IMG/VR virus record: IMGVR_UViG_3300045741_000623
Location: 1-64,000 of that record
DNA: 64,000 bases
DNA from: a virus
Direction: 5' to 3' (one strand)
Part shown: positions 41,926 through 50,001 of the stretch, in pieces
How the letters are laid out: every line of letters begins with the position of its first letter
Numbering within the stretch: the first letter of the stretch is position 1
The notes under the pieces: generated by a model
The model's database searches: none
Told to the model about the DNA's origin: nothing
The model's input: only the letters and a program-made list of their open reading frames with translations
Made by a program: the position numbers and the translations under genes

Positions 41926-43693
41926 TTTTCAAAAACTCTGCGGCAGGGCTCTCAGGGAGGATTACTTCAACGCGCGTCGGTTCTCCAATCTGTGCAGCCT
42001 TGCGCGGTTTCACTACGAGCCTTGCCGCTTCAACAACGTTCACTAAGGCGATACACTGCCAATAGTTCATGTCCCAGGTTGACCGGTGACCAACACCCGT
42101 TGCAACCTGGGACACCGGTTTCCAGTTCTCAGAAATTCATCACCATGCCCCAATGCAGTAAGGGTCAGGTTCGTTCAACCCGCCAGAGTCGGCCATCTCC
42201 GACGCGGCCCCTGAAGATGATGGTAAGTGCGGGGCAATTAAAGCAACCGCCCGGCGCGCCTGCCGCCGTCATGGGTCGTCGCTCAATAACCAAAACCATA
42301 AGGTGCCAGTCCGTCGCACCAGCAGGCTCTCCTTTCTCCAAGTTTTGTTCCCCTGCAACCTGGCGATCTGGCGCGTCTCAAGAGCAAATGTGCGTGACGT
42401 CGTGGGAACAACGGTTGCTGAATTACCGACTGAATACGACTAATTCGCTCAACGCCAGAACTTTACAGAAGGAGGCATCCTTGTGATCCGGCGCTTTCGA
42501 TCGTCATATCGAAAAGACATTTACGCCATCTGGCGTTACGAGCACGCCGATCGAACTGTTCATATCCCGACTCCTGGCCGTTCCTGCAACAAAAAAGACC
42601 TCCAAACCAAATTCCTCCACGTAACCACTCAATTCTGGTCTGCTTCTGCAATGTGGAGAAAGATTTATGGCGTATGGTGTTGCGCCAAAGCCGATCCTCG
42701 CTTGTCTTGGATGACCGGTAAATCCCCTGCCCAAGTCCATCTGGAATTACTCCGGCTCGACGCGGACTATTCGTGGGGAACAACGCCTTTCGATCATTCG
42801 CTTAACCGCACGTCTGACAATGCCTGTTCCGCTGATTCTAACCTTGGTGTCTCTGGAAAAACTCTCCCCCTAAAGCAGCAAGCTTCCCAGCCTAACCCGG
42901 TGGTCGCTTGTTGTGGGGTGGCTAATCATGCCGCCCCCAAGACGGGCCGGTTGAATACCATCACACCAAATTGTCAGCAAACGCCATCAGTTCAAACGTC
43001 GGTTCGGTAACCTGATCTTAAATCCGAGATAGTGTCAGGCGGTAGAATATACGGCGCATGTGCCCCGCCCCTGCTCCCTTGCAGGAAAATTTGACTCTCG
43101 CTAATCAACTCAAAGAAGTTCGCCCGGGCTTTCATTCGCATGACCTTTACCCGGACTCCAACACGGAGTATCAGCTTCACCGCTGGAACATCCTCTCGAC
43201 AGCTATAGTCGCAAACCAACCCCGTCATGTCGGCCAACCGTTCAAGATTTCCGGACGCCGATCACCAGTGTTTTCCAGGTGACCAAGATCAATCTATTAC
43301 CTTGGGGGGGGATCACCATCGCAATCACACCCAGCCAAATCCTACTCTCTTTACCCAGTCACTCAAAAGCAACTCCCGTAACCCACATCCCTTTCCATCC
43401 CAATACCTTCCTTCTTCACCCTCAAAAACCCCAGCCAAAACCAGACACGGATCGAGAAAGGGGGCTAACACGTTGTAGCACAAGCGCGTGCCACCCCCAA
43501 AAACCCGCCCCCGGGGTCGCGCACCTCCCCATCGGATTTAACACCACGCGCGCCGCGTCATGCACGCTTTCGCGTCCACCGTTTTGTAATAACCTCCGTT
43601 TGTCGCATCGCCGAGCAGAACCAAAAGCCGACCGAAAAGATGTCAGCACACCCAAGGGACGACCAAAGAGCGCTTGCGTTGATGACTTTGCCT

Positions 43694-44131
43694 TCAGTCC
43701 TCGGGCTCAGGGTCAACTCCGGCGTTGCATGGGTCAGTCAACTCGCGACTCCGACCGTGGCAGCTAAGTTGCCAGACAGTTATCGGGAACGACCCGGGCC
43801 GACAGAGCATCAGCCAAAGAAGCCAGATCAGCCGGCGCGACGTTGCATCCGGATTGCCATCCTTTCGCAACCAGCGTCTAACCGTTGGTTGGTTACACCC
43901 GAACAGGACCGCAACATCATCCCAAGAACCGCGAACGTGCCGGCGAATATCAAGGAGCATGGCGCAACACTCCGATTCTGTTGGCTGACAAAGCCGTTTG
44001 AATTCGTCCAGATCGCGAACGATTGAGCTTGGAGGATCAGGGTCGCAATCTCGACGATCCAGCGGAAAACTCCGCGACATGACCCGCTTTCGGTAACCCA
44101 TGAAACGTAGGTACCCCGTCGGGAATCGCAA
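43694..44131 (-). CDS. HTH transcriptional regulator (Xre/Cro-CI-like), start uncertain
   Basis: SWDDVAVLFGCNQPTVRRWLRKDGNPDATSRRLIWLLWLM is a typical HTH followed by a P....rli.ll tail. It is the only minus-strand gene between two long + strand blocks and is divergent from the early genes. Internal ATGs at 44080 and 43960 are alternative starts. Confidence 0.55.
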   Translation of the reverse strand: MRFPTGYLRFMGYRKRVMSRSFPLDRRDCDPDPPSSIVRDLDEFKRLCQPTESECCAMLLDIRRHVRGSWDDVAVLFGCNQPTVRRWLRKDGNPDATSRRLIWLLWLMLCRPGSFPITVWQLSCHGRSRELTDPCNAGVDPEPED

Positions 44132-44180
44132 CGCAAGCCGGGACGCGAGAGAGGGAGAAACGAGCGCCAGCGCAGCCCCA

Positions 44181-44200
44181 GGAACAGTGCGCCCTGTTCC
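44181..44200. promoter_or_regulatory. perfect 7-bp inverted repeat GGAACAG-N6-CTGTTCC, operator candidate
   Basis: Located in the 211-nt divergent spacer between the HTH gene (start at or before 44131) and the first early + gene (44343). A second hairpin CCCCGC-N9-GCGGGG lies at 44220-44240. Confidence 0.35.
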
Positions 44201-44342
44201 CTAACGACCCGACCAACGACCCCGCCGCTTTCGAGCGGGGCAATCGGGCATACAAACAAGCGCTCGGGCGATTGCCCGGGCGCGGCATTGAAACCGCAGG
44301 CTTCACCTTTGACGGCGAAGTCTCTTACGAGGATGAAAGACC

Positions 44343-44597
44343 ATGAACGAACCAGAAACAACCACACCCGGACCATGGCACGTCGAAAAGGCGTGCGGGC
44401 GCTACGAAGTCTGGCCACAGGACCACGGGCAGGCTCACACGTCAGTTGCCACCGTGCCAAGGAAGATTGACGCCGCCCTGATTGCCGCCACGCCGGAATT
44501 GTTCGCTTTGGTCCGTGCTTGGTTGCTTACCGACCCGCACGGCACCCATAGCGATGCTTGTCGCTCCGCCATCGCGAAAGCGAAAGGAACACCATGA
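44343..44597 (+). CDS. hypothetical early protein
   Basis: 84 aa. TPGPWHVE...IDAALIAATPELFALVRAWL resembles a common phage small-protein motif (GPW ... dA.LIAAAPeL). Confidence 0.5.
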   Translation: MNEPETTTPGPWHVEKACGRYEVWPQDHGQAHTSVATVPRKIDAALIAATPELFALVRAWLLTDPHGTHSDACRSAIAKAKGTP

Positions 44598-44875
44598 ACA
44601 CCGAAAACATTTATCCCATGTCACCCGCCCCCGTGCGTCGCATTGTCCCGGGCGAGCAAGTCATAAAAACCAAGTGCCTAAAATGCGGCAACGAAATTAA
44701 GATCGCCGTTGAAGGACTCACCCGGGCGCAAGTCGAAGCGGCAATTGAACAGTTCGACCATAACACGGGCGAATGTCCCGGAGGTTATCACATTGAACTC
44801 TCGGGCTGGCGCCGCATGTGGGACTTAGACCGGGCAGTCGCGGAGTATTACGACGGCAAGGAGACGCAACCATGA
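44594..44875 (+). CDS. hypothetical zinc-binding protein
   Basis: 93 aa from the ATG at 44594 (ATGA overlap). CLKCG ... ECPGGYH. Confidence 0.5.
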   Translation: MNTENIYPMSPAPVRRIVPGEQVIKTKCLKCGNEIKIAVEGLTRAQVEAAIEQFDHNTGECPGGYHIELSGWRRMWDLDRAVAEYYDGKETQP

Positions 44876-45036
44876 ACCTGAAACTCTGGACCGTAAAACT
44901 CTATCGTCACGGACGACCGTACCGCGCAGCCATTGTGAGGACGTGTTATGCCACCAGTGCAAAGAGCGCCAAAGCAATAACATTCCCATTCTTCGACCGT
45001 AGGGCACGAAGCATCGGGTATTTAACCACAAAATAA
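44872..45036 (+). CDS. hypothetical micro-protein
   Basis: 54 aa from the ATG at 44872 (ATGA overlap). Confidence 0.4.
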   Translation: MNLKLWTVKLYRHGRPYRAAIVRTCYATSAKSAKAITFPFFDRRARSIGYLTTK

Positions 45037-45041
45037 CAGCC

Positions 45042-45296
45042 ATGAACGCGCAAAGCACAATCCCGACGGAAAGCTTGTCCGGGTGCATCATCCGCCAGCT
45101 TTACCACGGCACGCCATATTTCGTATTCGTCCAACACGCCAGGGGCAATCAGCCCCGGGCCGTGGCCCGCGTGGCCCGCAATGGCTCAGGCTGGAAAGTC
45201 AAAGGACCAAGGATTCAATTCCAGAGCAACGAGACTGAAGACGCAATGGTACTGTGCGCCGAATATCTTCAGGAAACACGAGGGAGGTTCGCATGA
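45042..45296 (+). CDS. hypothetical protein
   Basis: 84-aa ORF in the + chain. Confidence 0.45.
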   Translation: MNAQSTIPTESLSGCIIRQLYHGTPYFVFVQHARGNQPRAVARVARNGSGWKVKGPRIQFQSNETEDAMVLCAEYLQETRGRFA

Positions 45297-45481
45297 ACCC
45301 GAGACTTGAAACGCCCACCAATTACGCGCGACCGACCGAGCGAGGCATTGCAATCCGCCTGCTGCGCTGGCCAATGTGGGAGCGCGTCCCGCTTTGGGAC
45401 GTGCGCGTCAGCCTCTCCAAAGGCTGGGTCATGTTCGGCCCCTACGAACTTAGGCTTGAGGTTTACAAGGACACACCGTGA
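45293..45481 (+). CDS. hypothetical protein
   Basis: 62 aa from the ATG at 45293 (ATGA overlap). Confidence 0.4.
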   Translation: MNPRLETPTNYARPTERGIAIRLLRWPMWERVPLWDVRVSLSKGWVMFGPYELRLEVYKDTP

Positions 45482-45843
45482 AACCCTTCAACCATACCCG
45501 CCCGCGTCGCAATGGCGCGGGCGACGTCATCGGCGAGAACCCCGCCCCAGTCTCGCGCGTGACGGTCGCCGCCCTGGGTGGACAGTTTGGCCCGGACAAA
45601 CGCCGGCGACTTGTCGTGACCCTCAAAGCGGGCGACATCATCGAATTTAGACCCGAACGCACCCGGCAGATTGTAACCATGGCTGCCGTGGACTTGTATC
45701 GCATCGCACTGCAACGCCGCGCCGCGTGCGTCGCACTGGAAAAGGCACGCCAGACCAAGCAACGCAAAGCCGATGCCCGCGCCGCGCGGCGCATTGCCTA
45801 CACCGATCGCAAATTGACCAACCAAGCAAAAAAAGACTGTTGA
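45478..45843 (+). CDS. hypothetical basic protein
   Basis: 121 aa. GTG start forms a GTGA overlap with the upstream stop. Arg/Lys-rich. Confidence 0.45.
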   Translation: MKPFNHTRPRRNGAGDVIGENPAPVSRVTVAALGGQFGPDKRRRLVVTLKAGDIIEFRPERTRQIVTMAAVDLYRIALQRRAACVALEKARQTKQRKADARAARRIAYTDRKLTNQAKKDC

Positions 45844-45868
45844 CACCAAACGAGACCCTCGTTATCGT
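45840..45868 (+). promoter_or_regulatory. sigma70-like promoter candidate (TTGACA-N17-TATCGT)
   Basis: TTGACA at 45840-45845 overlaps the upstream stop. 17-nt spacer, then TATCGT at 45863-45868. It sits in the 71-nt gap before the AAA+ gene. A purine-rich AAAGGAAAAAG precedes the ATG at 45915. Confidence 0.3.
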
Positions 45869-45914
45869 GAGGGTGAAGTAAGAGACCAACCGAACAAAGA
45901 AAAGGAAAAAGACC

Positions 45915-47384
45915 ATGACTCAAGTTCATCCATTCCGGCAGGCACGCAGAGCCGCTTGCCCCATCATCGGTATCAACACCGCAGACCCCACCGCAACGAT
46001 CGCCGCTTGCGCCGCCACGCGTAACGGCAAAGCCGACGCGTTCCTCAGTTGGGACAGTGTCGCCGGGTTGCAAGGTCTGGACAAAGACGGCATTGCGATT
46101 GCCGCCACAATTGGCGAGCCGGCAGACACACAGAACCTTGTTCAATGTCTCGCTCTGATTGCCGACAAGAAACCCGCACGCTGTTCAGTGTTCATTCATA
46201 ACGCGCACAATGCCTTCGCCGATTCATCCGCCAAGCAAGCGATTTGGAACTTGCGCGACACCCTGCCCGCCGTGGGCTCTTGTCTCGTTCTACTCGGGCC
46301 CGCACTGACTTTGCCGCCGGAACTCGCCAACGACATGCAAGTTTTAGACGAGCCGACGCCCGCAACCGAGGACATTCAAGCTTGCATTGATGATGCCATA
46401 AATGACATTAAGAAGTCAGTGCCAGAGTTGCCCGAAATTGTTGCGGAGGAAAAGTCTCGCATCGTGGATTGCTTGACTGGTTATCTCTCGGTGTTCGCCA
46501 TCAAGCAAAGCCTGGCGCTGGCCAGCACCAAGACCGGCATTGATCCGCGCCGCTTGTGGGAGTTGAAAGTTGCCAGCTTGCGCGGGACCGCCGGGCTCGA
46601 CATCTCGCAACCCACCGTTGGATTTCAAGACCTCGCCGGCACGTTCGGCGCGAAGGATTTCTTCGGCAAGCTCATCAATGGACGTCAGCGGGTGCGTGGC
46701 GTGTTCTTCCTCGACGAAATTGAAAAGATGCTCGCCGGGCGCACCGGGCTCGACGGCACCACTCAAGCCATGATTGAGCAATTCCTTTACTGGACCGAAG
46801 CGAAGAAAGTTCTCGCCGTGCTGCTCCTGGGCGTGCCGGGCTCGGGCAAGTCTTGGACGGCTCAATGTGTGGCCGGAGAAGCCAAGGTACCACTGCTGCG
46901 CGGCAGCATGAGCACCGTGAAGGGCAGTCTTGTCGGTGAATCGGAGCAGAACATGAAGAAGCTCTTGCGCACCGTGGACAGTGTCACGCAGGAAAGCACG
47001 TTGATGATTGCAACGTGCAACTCGATCGAAGATTTGACCCCGGAAATTCTCGCCCGTTTCAAGCTGGGCATTTTCTTCTACGATTACCCAACCCAGACAG
47101 AACAAGCCGCATTGTGGGACCTTTACCGGGCCAAGTACAAAATCACTGGCGAATGTCCGGAAGTGGAAAACTGGGTTGGTCGCGAAGTAGAGTCCTGCTG
47201 TCACCGCGCATGGCTCTTCAACGTGCCGCTTGCTGAAGCCGCCGCAACCGTTGTGCCTATCTGTCAAGCGAACGCCGCGAAGATGCAGGCACTTCGCAAG
47301 TCGGCATCGGGCCGGTTTTTGTCCGCCGCGAGCCCGGGCGTGTTCAAGATCACCGAAACCACCGGAAGGAGTTTGAGCCTATGA
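45915..47384 (+). CDS. Ycf46-like AAA+ ATPase (unusual Walker motif order)
   Basis: 489 aa. The N-terminal half is like the Ycf46 N-domain (CPIIGINT...AFLSWDSVAGL...SVFIHNAHNAF...NLRDTL...LVLLGPALTLPPEL). P-loop GVPGSGKS (nt 46830-46853). LVGESEQNMKKLL. Sensor-1-like LMIATCN. A Walker-B-like VFFLDEIEK lies upstream of the P-loop (nt 46701-46727). Confidence 0.7.
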   Translation: MTQVHPFRQARRAACPIIGINTADPTATIAACAATRNGKADAFLSWDSVAGLQGLDKDGIAIAATIGEPADTQNLVQCLALIADKKPARCSVFIHNAHNAFADSSAKQAIWNLRDTLPAVGSCLVLLGPALTLPPELANDMQVLDEPTPATEDIQACIDDAINDIKKSVPELPEIVAEEKSRIVDCLTGYLSVFAIKQSLALASTKTGIDPRRLWELKVASLRGTAGLDISQPTVGFQDLAGTFGAKDFFGKLINGRQRVRGVFFLDEIEKMLAGRTGLDGTTQAMIEQFLYWTEAKKVLAVLLLGVPGSGKSWTAQCVAGEAKVPLLRGSMSTVKGSLVGESEQNMKKLLRTVDSVTQESTLMIATCNSIEDLTPEILARFKLGIFFYDYPTQTEQAALWDLYRAKYKITGECPEVENWVGREVESCCHRAWLFNVPLAEAAATVVPICQANAAKMQALRKSASGRFLSAASPGVFKITETTGRSLSL

Positions 47385-47809
47385 AGCAAACCGCAAAGAA
47401 AAATTCTCAGAGCGCGAAGCGTGAAGATAGAATCCGATCACTCGAAAAGGCTAACGCCAGCTTGATACTCACTCATCAAGCTTGGCGCGAATCATATTCG
47501 GATGTGCATCAGAAAAACGAGACGCTAAAAAAGCAACTGGAAAGCGCGACTGAAAAACTGAGCGCACTTGAGTTACGAAACGCAGTTCTCAGTCAACGAG
47601 TTTCAAATTTGATCGAAGATGTTAACCAAGTCGTAATCAAGCGCGACCAGTTCAAAAAAGAGGCTGAGGAAATGCGCGCCAAGTATTGCCACAGCCAAGT
47701 ACTCGCGGGAACGTGGCAGCAAGAAATCGAAAAGGTGCGGGGGGAATTGAACGAATTGAAAACGACGCTCGCAGTCTTTTTGCGCTTGAATCAATGGCAT
47801 CATTTATGA
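47381..47809 (+). CDS. hypothetical coiled-coil protein
   Basis: 142 aa, heptad-rich (LKKQLESATEKLSALELRNAVLSQRVSNLIEDV). ATGA overlap. Confidence 0.5.
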   Translation: MKQTAKKNSQSAKREDRIRSLEKANASLILTHQAWRESYSDVHQKNETLKKQLESATEKLSALELRNAVLSQRVSNLIEDVNQVVIKRDQFKKEAEEMRAKYCHSQVLAGTWQQEIEKVRGELNELKTTLAVFLRLNQWHHL

Positions 47810-48198
47810 GCGAAAACCACCAACACGCCCGAATTGAAACTTGGATCACGCCCGCCTACTCCGAGCGGTTGACCGCGAAGATGATTCACCTATTCCCGGG
47901 CGACACGATGCCCGAGCACACAACCGGGCCGGGGCGGGAAGAAGTCATTGTGTGCATTTACGGCGCGATTGTCGTCACGCTGGCCGACCGTAGCGTGGAG
48001 ATCACAAGCGGGGAGACCTACTTTATCCCCGAGAACACCAAACACGCCATAGCGCTTGCTGAGGGCCAGGACGGGGCACAATACGCTTACGTCGCGACAA
48101 AGCGCAGCGAGACGGGCGATTACTCGTTGCCGGCGAACATCGAAGACCTTGAGCGAAAACCATTCCCGCAAACCATGGGAGAACTTTATGCCTTGTGA
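47806..48198 (+). CDS. cupin domain protein
   Basis: 130 aa from the ATG at 47806 (ATGA overlap). MIHLFPGDTMPEHTTGPGREEVIVCIYGAIVVTLADRSVEITSGETYFIPENTKHAI fits the cupin G..p.H.H...E / G....P....H pattern. Confidence 0.6.
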   Translation: MSENHQHARIETWITPAYSERLTAKMIHLFPGDTMPEHTTGPGREEVIVCIYGAIVVTLADRSVEITSGETYFIPENTKHAIALAEGQDGAQYAYVATKRSETGDYSLPANIEDLERKPFPQTMGELYAL

Positions 48199-48493
48199 CA
48201 GCATCCGATTGACCAGCGTGAACCTCGAAAAGTGCAACGCTGCGCTTATGATGGCAGCGCTTGCCGAGCTTGGACTTGGCCCCGTGCTCCAAGCGGACGG
48301 ACACACGATCCGCTTCGATTCAAACCAGAGTATCGACTGCTCTACGGGACAAGCACAGTTGAGCCGTTACGCCAGCGTTGACCAATTGAAGCGGGCATAC
48401 TCCGCCGCCGTGGTCAAAGCGACCGCGAAGAAATTCGGCTGGACGCCAAACCAGACCAACACCAACCAGCAATTCGTTTTCAAACGCCGTTGA
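48188..48493 (+). CDS. DUF1257 (Ycf35)-like protein
   Basis: 101 aa from the ATG at 48188. LEKCNAALMMAALAELGLG ... LKRAYSAAVVKATAKKFGW...QQFVFKRR resembles Ycf35/DUF1257 N- and C-terminal signatures recalled from memory. Confidence 0.45.
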   Translation: MPCDSIRLTSVNLEKCNAALMMAALAELGLGPVLQADGHTIRFDSNQSIDCSTGQAQLSRYASVDQLKRAYSAAVVKATAKKFGWTPNQTNTNQQFVFKRR

Positions 48494-48496
48494 CCT

Positions 48497-48697
48497 ATGC
48501 CCGACACAATTCAAATCTCCATTCTCGAAGATGGCACCATCAAAGTTGAGACCGACAAAATCAGCGGGCCAAACCATCTCAACGCGACTCAATTTCTCGC
48601 CGAAATGTCACGCTTGGCGGGAGGCAAAACCGAAGTGAAACAAAAGACCGCAAAGGCTGTTGTGACGCAGCCGGCGCAAGTGAGACTCAACCAATGA
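48497..48697 (+). CDS. DUF2997-like protein
   Basis: 66 aa. IQISILEDGTIKVETDKISGPNHLNATQFLAEMSRLAGG resembles the DUF2997 pattern I.i.I..DG.v.ve..g..G..C...t..le..lG. Confidence 0.45.
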   Translation: MPDTIQISILEDGTIKVETDKISGPNHLNATQFLAEMSRLAGGKTEVKQKTAKAVVTQPAQVRLNQ

Positions 48698-48927
48698 TGT
48701 CGCCCGAAACAGTCAAACGGAATTCAATTTGTCCGTGCGGTTTCCCGGTGCTGCAAGAGCCGCGCGGCATCGGAACCGTTTACGAAATTGATCGGGAAAA
48801 AACTACGGTTGTTGACTGGTATTGCGGCGGGTGCAGACAGGTTTCAAAGCATCGCGCAGTCTGGGCGTTAGGTAGCGACGGCAACCCAGGTTATTTGCCG
48901 TTGGGCATTTTCGAGCCGAATAACTAA
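48694..48927 (+). CDS. hypothetical zinc-ribbon protein
   Basis: 77 aa. CPCG ... CGGC. ATGA overlap. Confidence 0.45.
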   Translation: MMSPETVKRNSICPCGFPVLQEPRGIGTVYEIDREKTTVVDWYCGGCRQVSKHRAVWALGSDGNPGYLPLGIFEPNN

Positions 48928-48957
48928 AAACCAAAAACACCGAAAGGAACACAGACC

Positions 48958-49962
48958 ATGAATGAGAACCAAGGAAACTTGACCACGATCGACATTGCCA
49001 AGTTTAAGGACACCGTCCTTTTTTCGATCACCATCCGACGCTTTGGCAATTCCAAAGGCGTCAAGGATATGGCCGCACTGGCGGAATACATGAAACTTTG
49101 CAAGCAGACCACGAACGGCGACGCGGAAGGCGGCGAGCCCGTTGTTTTCGTTGCCAGCGACCGCACCAAGACCACGAAGAAATTGCTTAGCTCGAAGCGG
49201 CTGGACCGGCTGAACAAAGCGATGACCGCCCTAAAGGGCCGCGTGGAAAGTGTCAGCATCCCCAGCATGTTCCGACCGGGATTGTTTGTCTCCAAGCAAT
49301 CCAACGTCCTTCAGGTCGAAAAAATGTTGAAGGAAGGCTGGCAGAAGATCGCCGATAACGAGTTGAAAGATTTCATCACCAACTATCCCGACGACAAAGA
49401 AGCCGCCAAGTCCGCCCCCGTGAAGAAAGGCGGGTTGGGCCCGCTCTACGTGGAGACCGATTATCCCACGCCCGAGGAACTGGAAAAGCTGTTCGGGATT
49501 GAATGGTACTGGATGAAGTTGTCTGTTCCGGAGAACATCCCGGACGAACTCCGCGCCGAAGCAAACGAGAAATTCAAACGGCGCATGGAAGACGCCGCCG
49601 CGCAGATCGAAGAGGCGCTACGTAAAGAGTTGCTGGAACTCGTTGCCCACGCCGCCGAAGTCTTAGCGCCTGTTCCCGGGGAGAAGCCAAAGGTCATCCG
49701 GGACAGTTGCATCGGCAATCTGGTGCAGTTCATCGAAACGTTTGAGGCGCGCGACGTGTTCTCGGATGAAAAACTCAAACCGATCATGGAACAGGTGCGC
49801 GGAATTCTGCTCGACCAAAGCGGCAAGGTGAAAATCGCCCCGCAGAAGTTGCGCGAGTATGGGGACGTGCGCGCGCAAGCCGCCGCCGCCTTCACCGACA
49901 TCAAAGGCAAGCTCGACTCGTTGATTGTGAGTCAGGGCCGACAACTCGACCTCGAAGATTAA
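48958..49962 (+). CDS. hypothetical protein
   Basis: 334-aa ORF, largely helical and charged. No motif I can name with confidence. Confidence 0.55.
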   Translation: MNENQGNLTTIDIAKFKDTVLFSITIRRFGNSKGVKDMAALAEYMKLCKQTTNGDAEGGEPVVFVASDRTKTTKKLLSSKRLDRLNKAMTALKGRVESVSIPSMFRPGLFVSKQSNVLQVEKMLKEGWQKIADNELKDFITNYPDDKEAAKSAPVKKGGLGPLYVETDYPTPEELEKLFGIEWYWMKLSVPENIPDELRAEANEKFKRRMEDAAAQIEEALRKELLELVAHAAEVLAPVPGEKPKVIRDSCIGNLVQFIETFEARDVFSDEKLKPIMEQVRGILLDQSGKVKIAPQKLREYGDVRAQAAAAFTDIKGKLDSLIVSQGRQLDLED

Positions 49963-50001
49963 CGCAACCGCCCGGGGAGCAATCCCCGGGCAACTCAAAA
50001 T

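Noticed and set aside
41704-43010. A 260-aa ORF and a GTGA-coupled 175-aa ORF on the + strand in the 41.6-43.7 kb region.
   Set aside because: The translations are Ser/Arg/Gln/Pro/Thr-rich with almost no Asp/Glu/Lys/Ile/Phe/Tyr pattern and no motifs. The first ORF runs straight through a strong terminator hairpin and the tRNA-like element. I treat the region as non-coding, but an ORF this long is somewhat unexpected by chance, so it should be re-checked with profile searches.
43828-44460. 210-aa minus-strand ORF overlapping both the HTH gene and the first early + gene.
   Set aside because: It is in a different frame from the HTH-containing ORF. It is Arg/Trp/Ser-rich and would overlap two better-supported genes.
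46416-47267. Long antisense ORFs opposite the AAA+ gene (46416-47267 -), the SSAP candidate (55922-56650 -) and the tri-domain glycosyltransferase (5161-5877 -).
   Set aside because: They lie opposite genes with clear motifs, and their translations are low-complexity with no independent start context.
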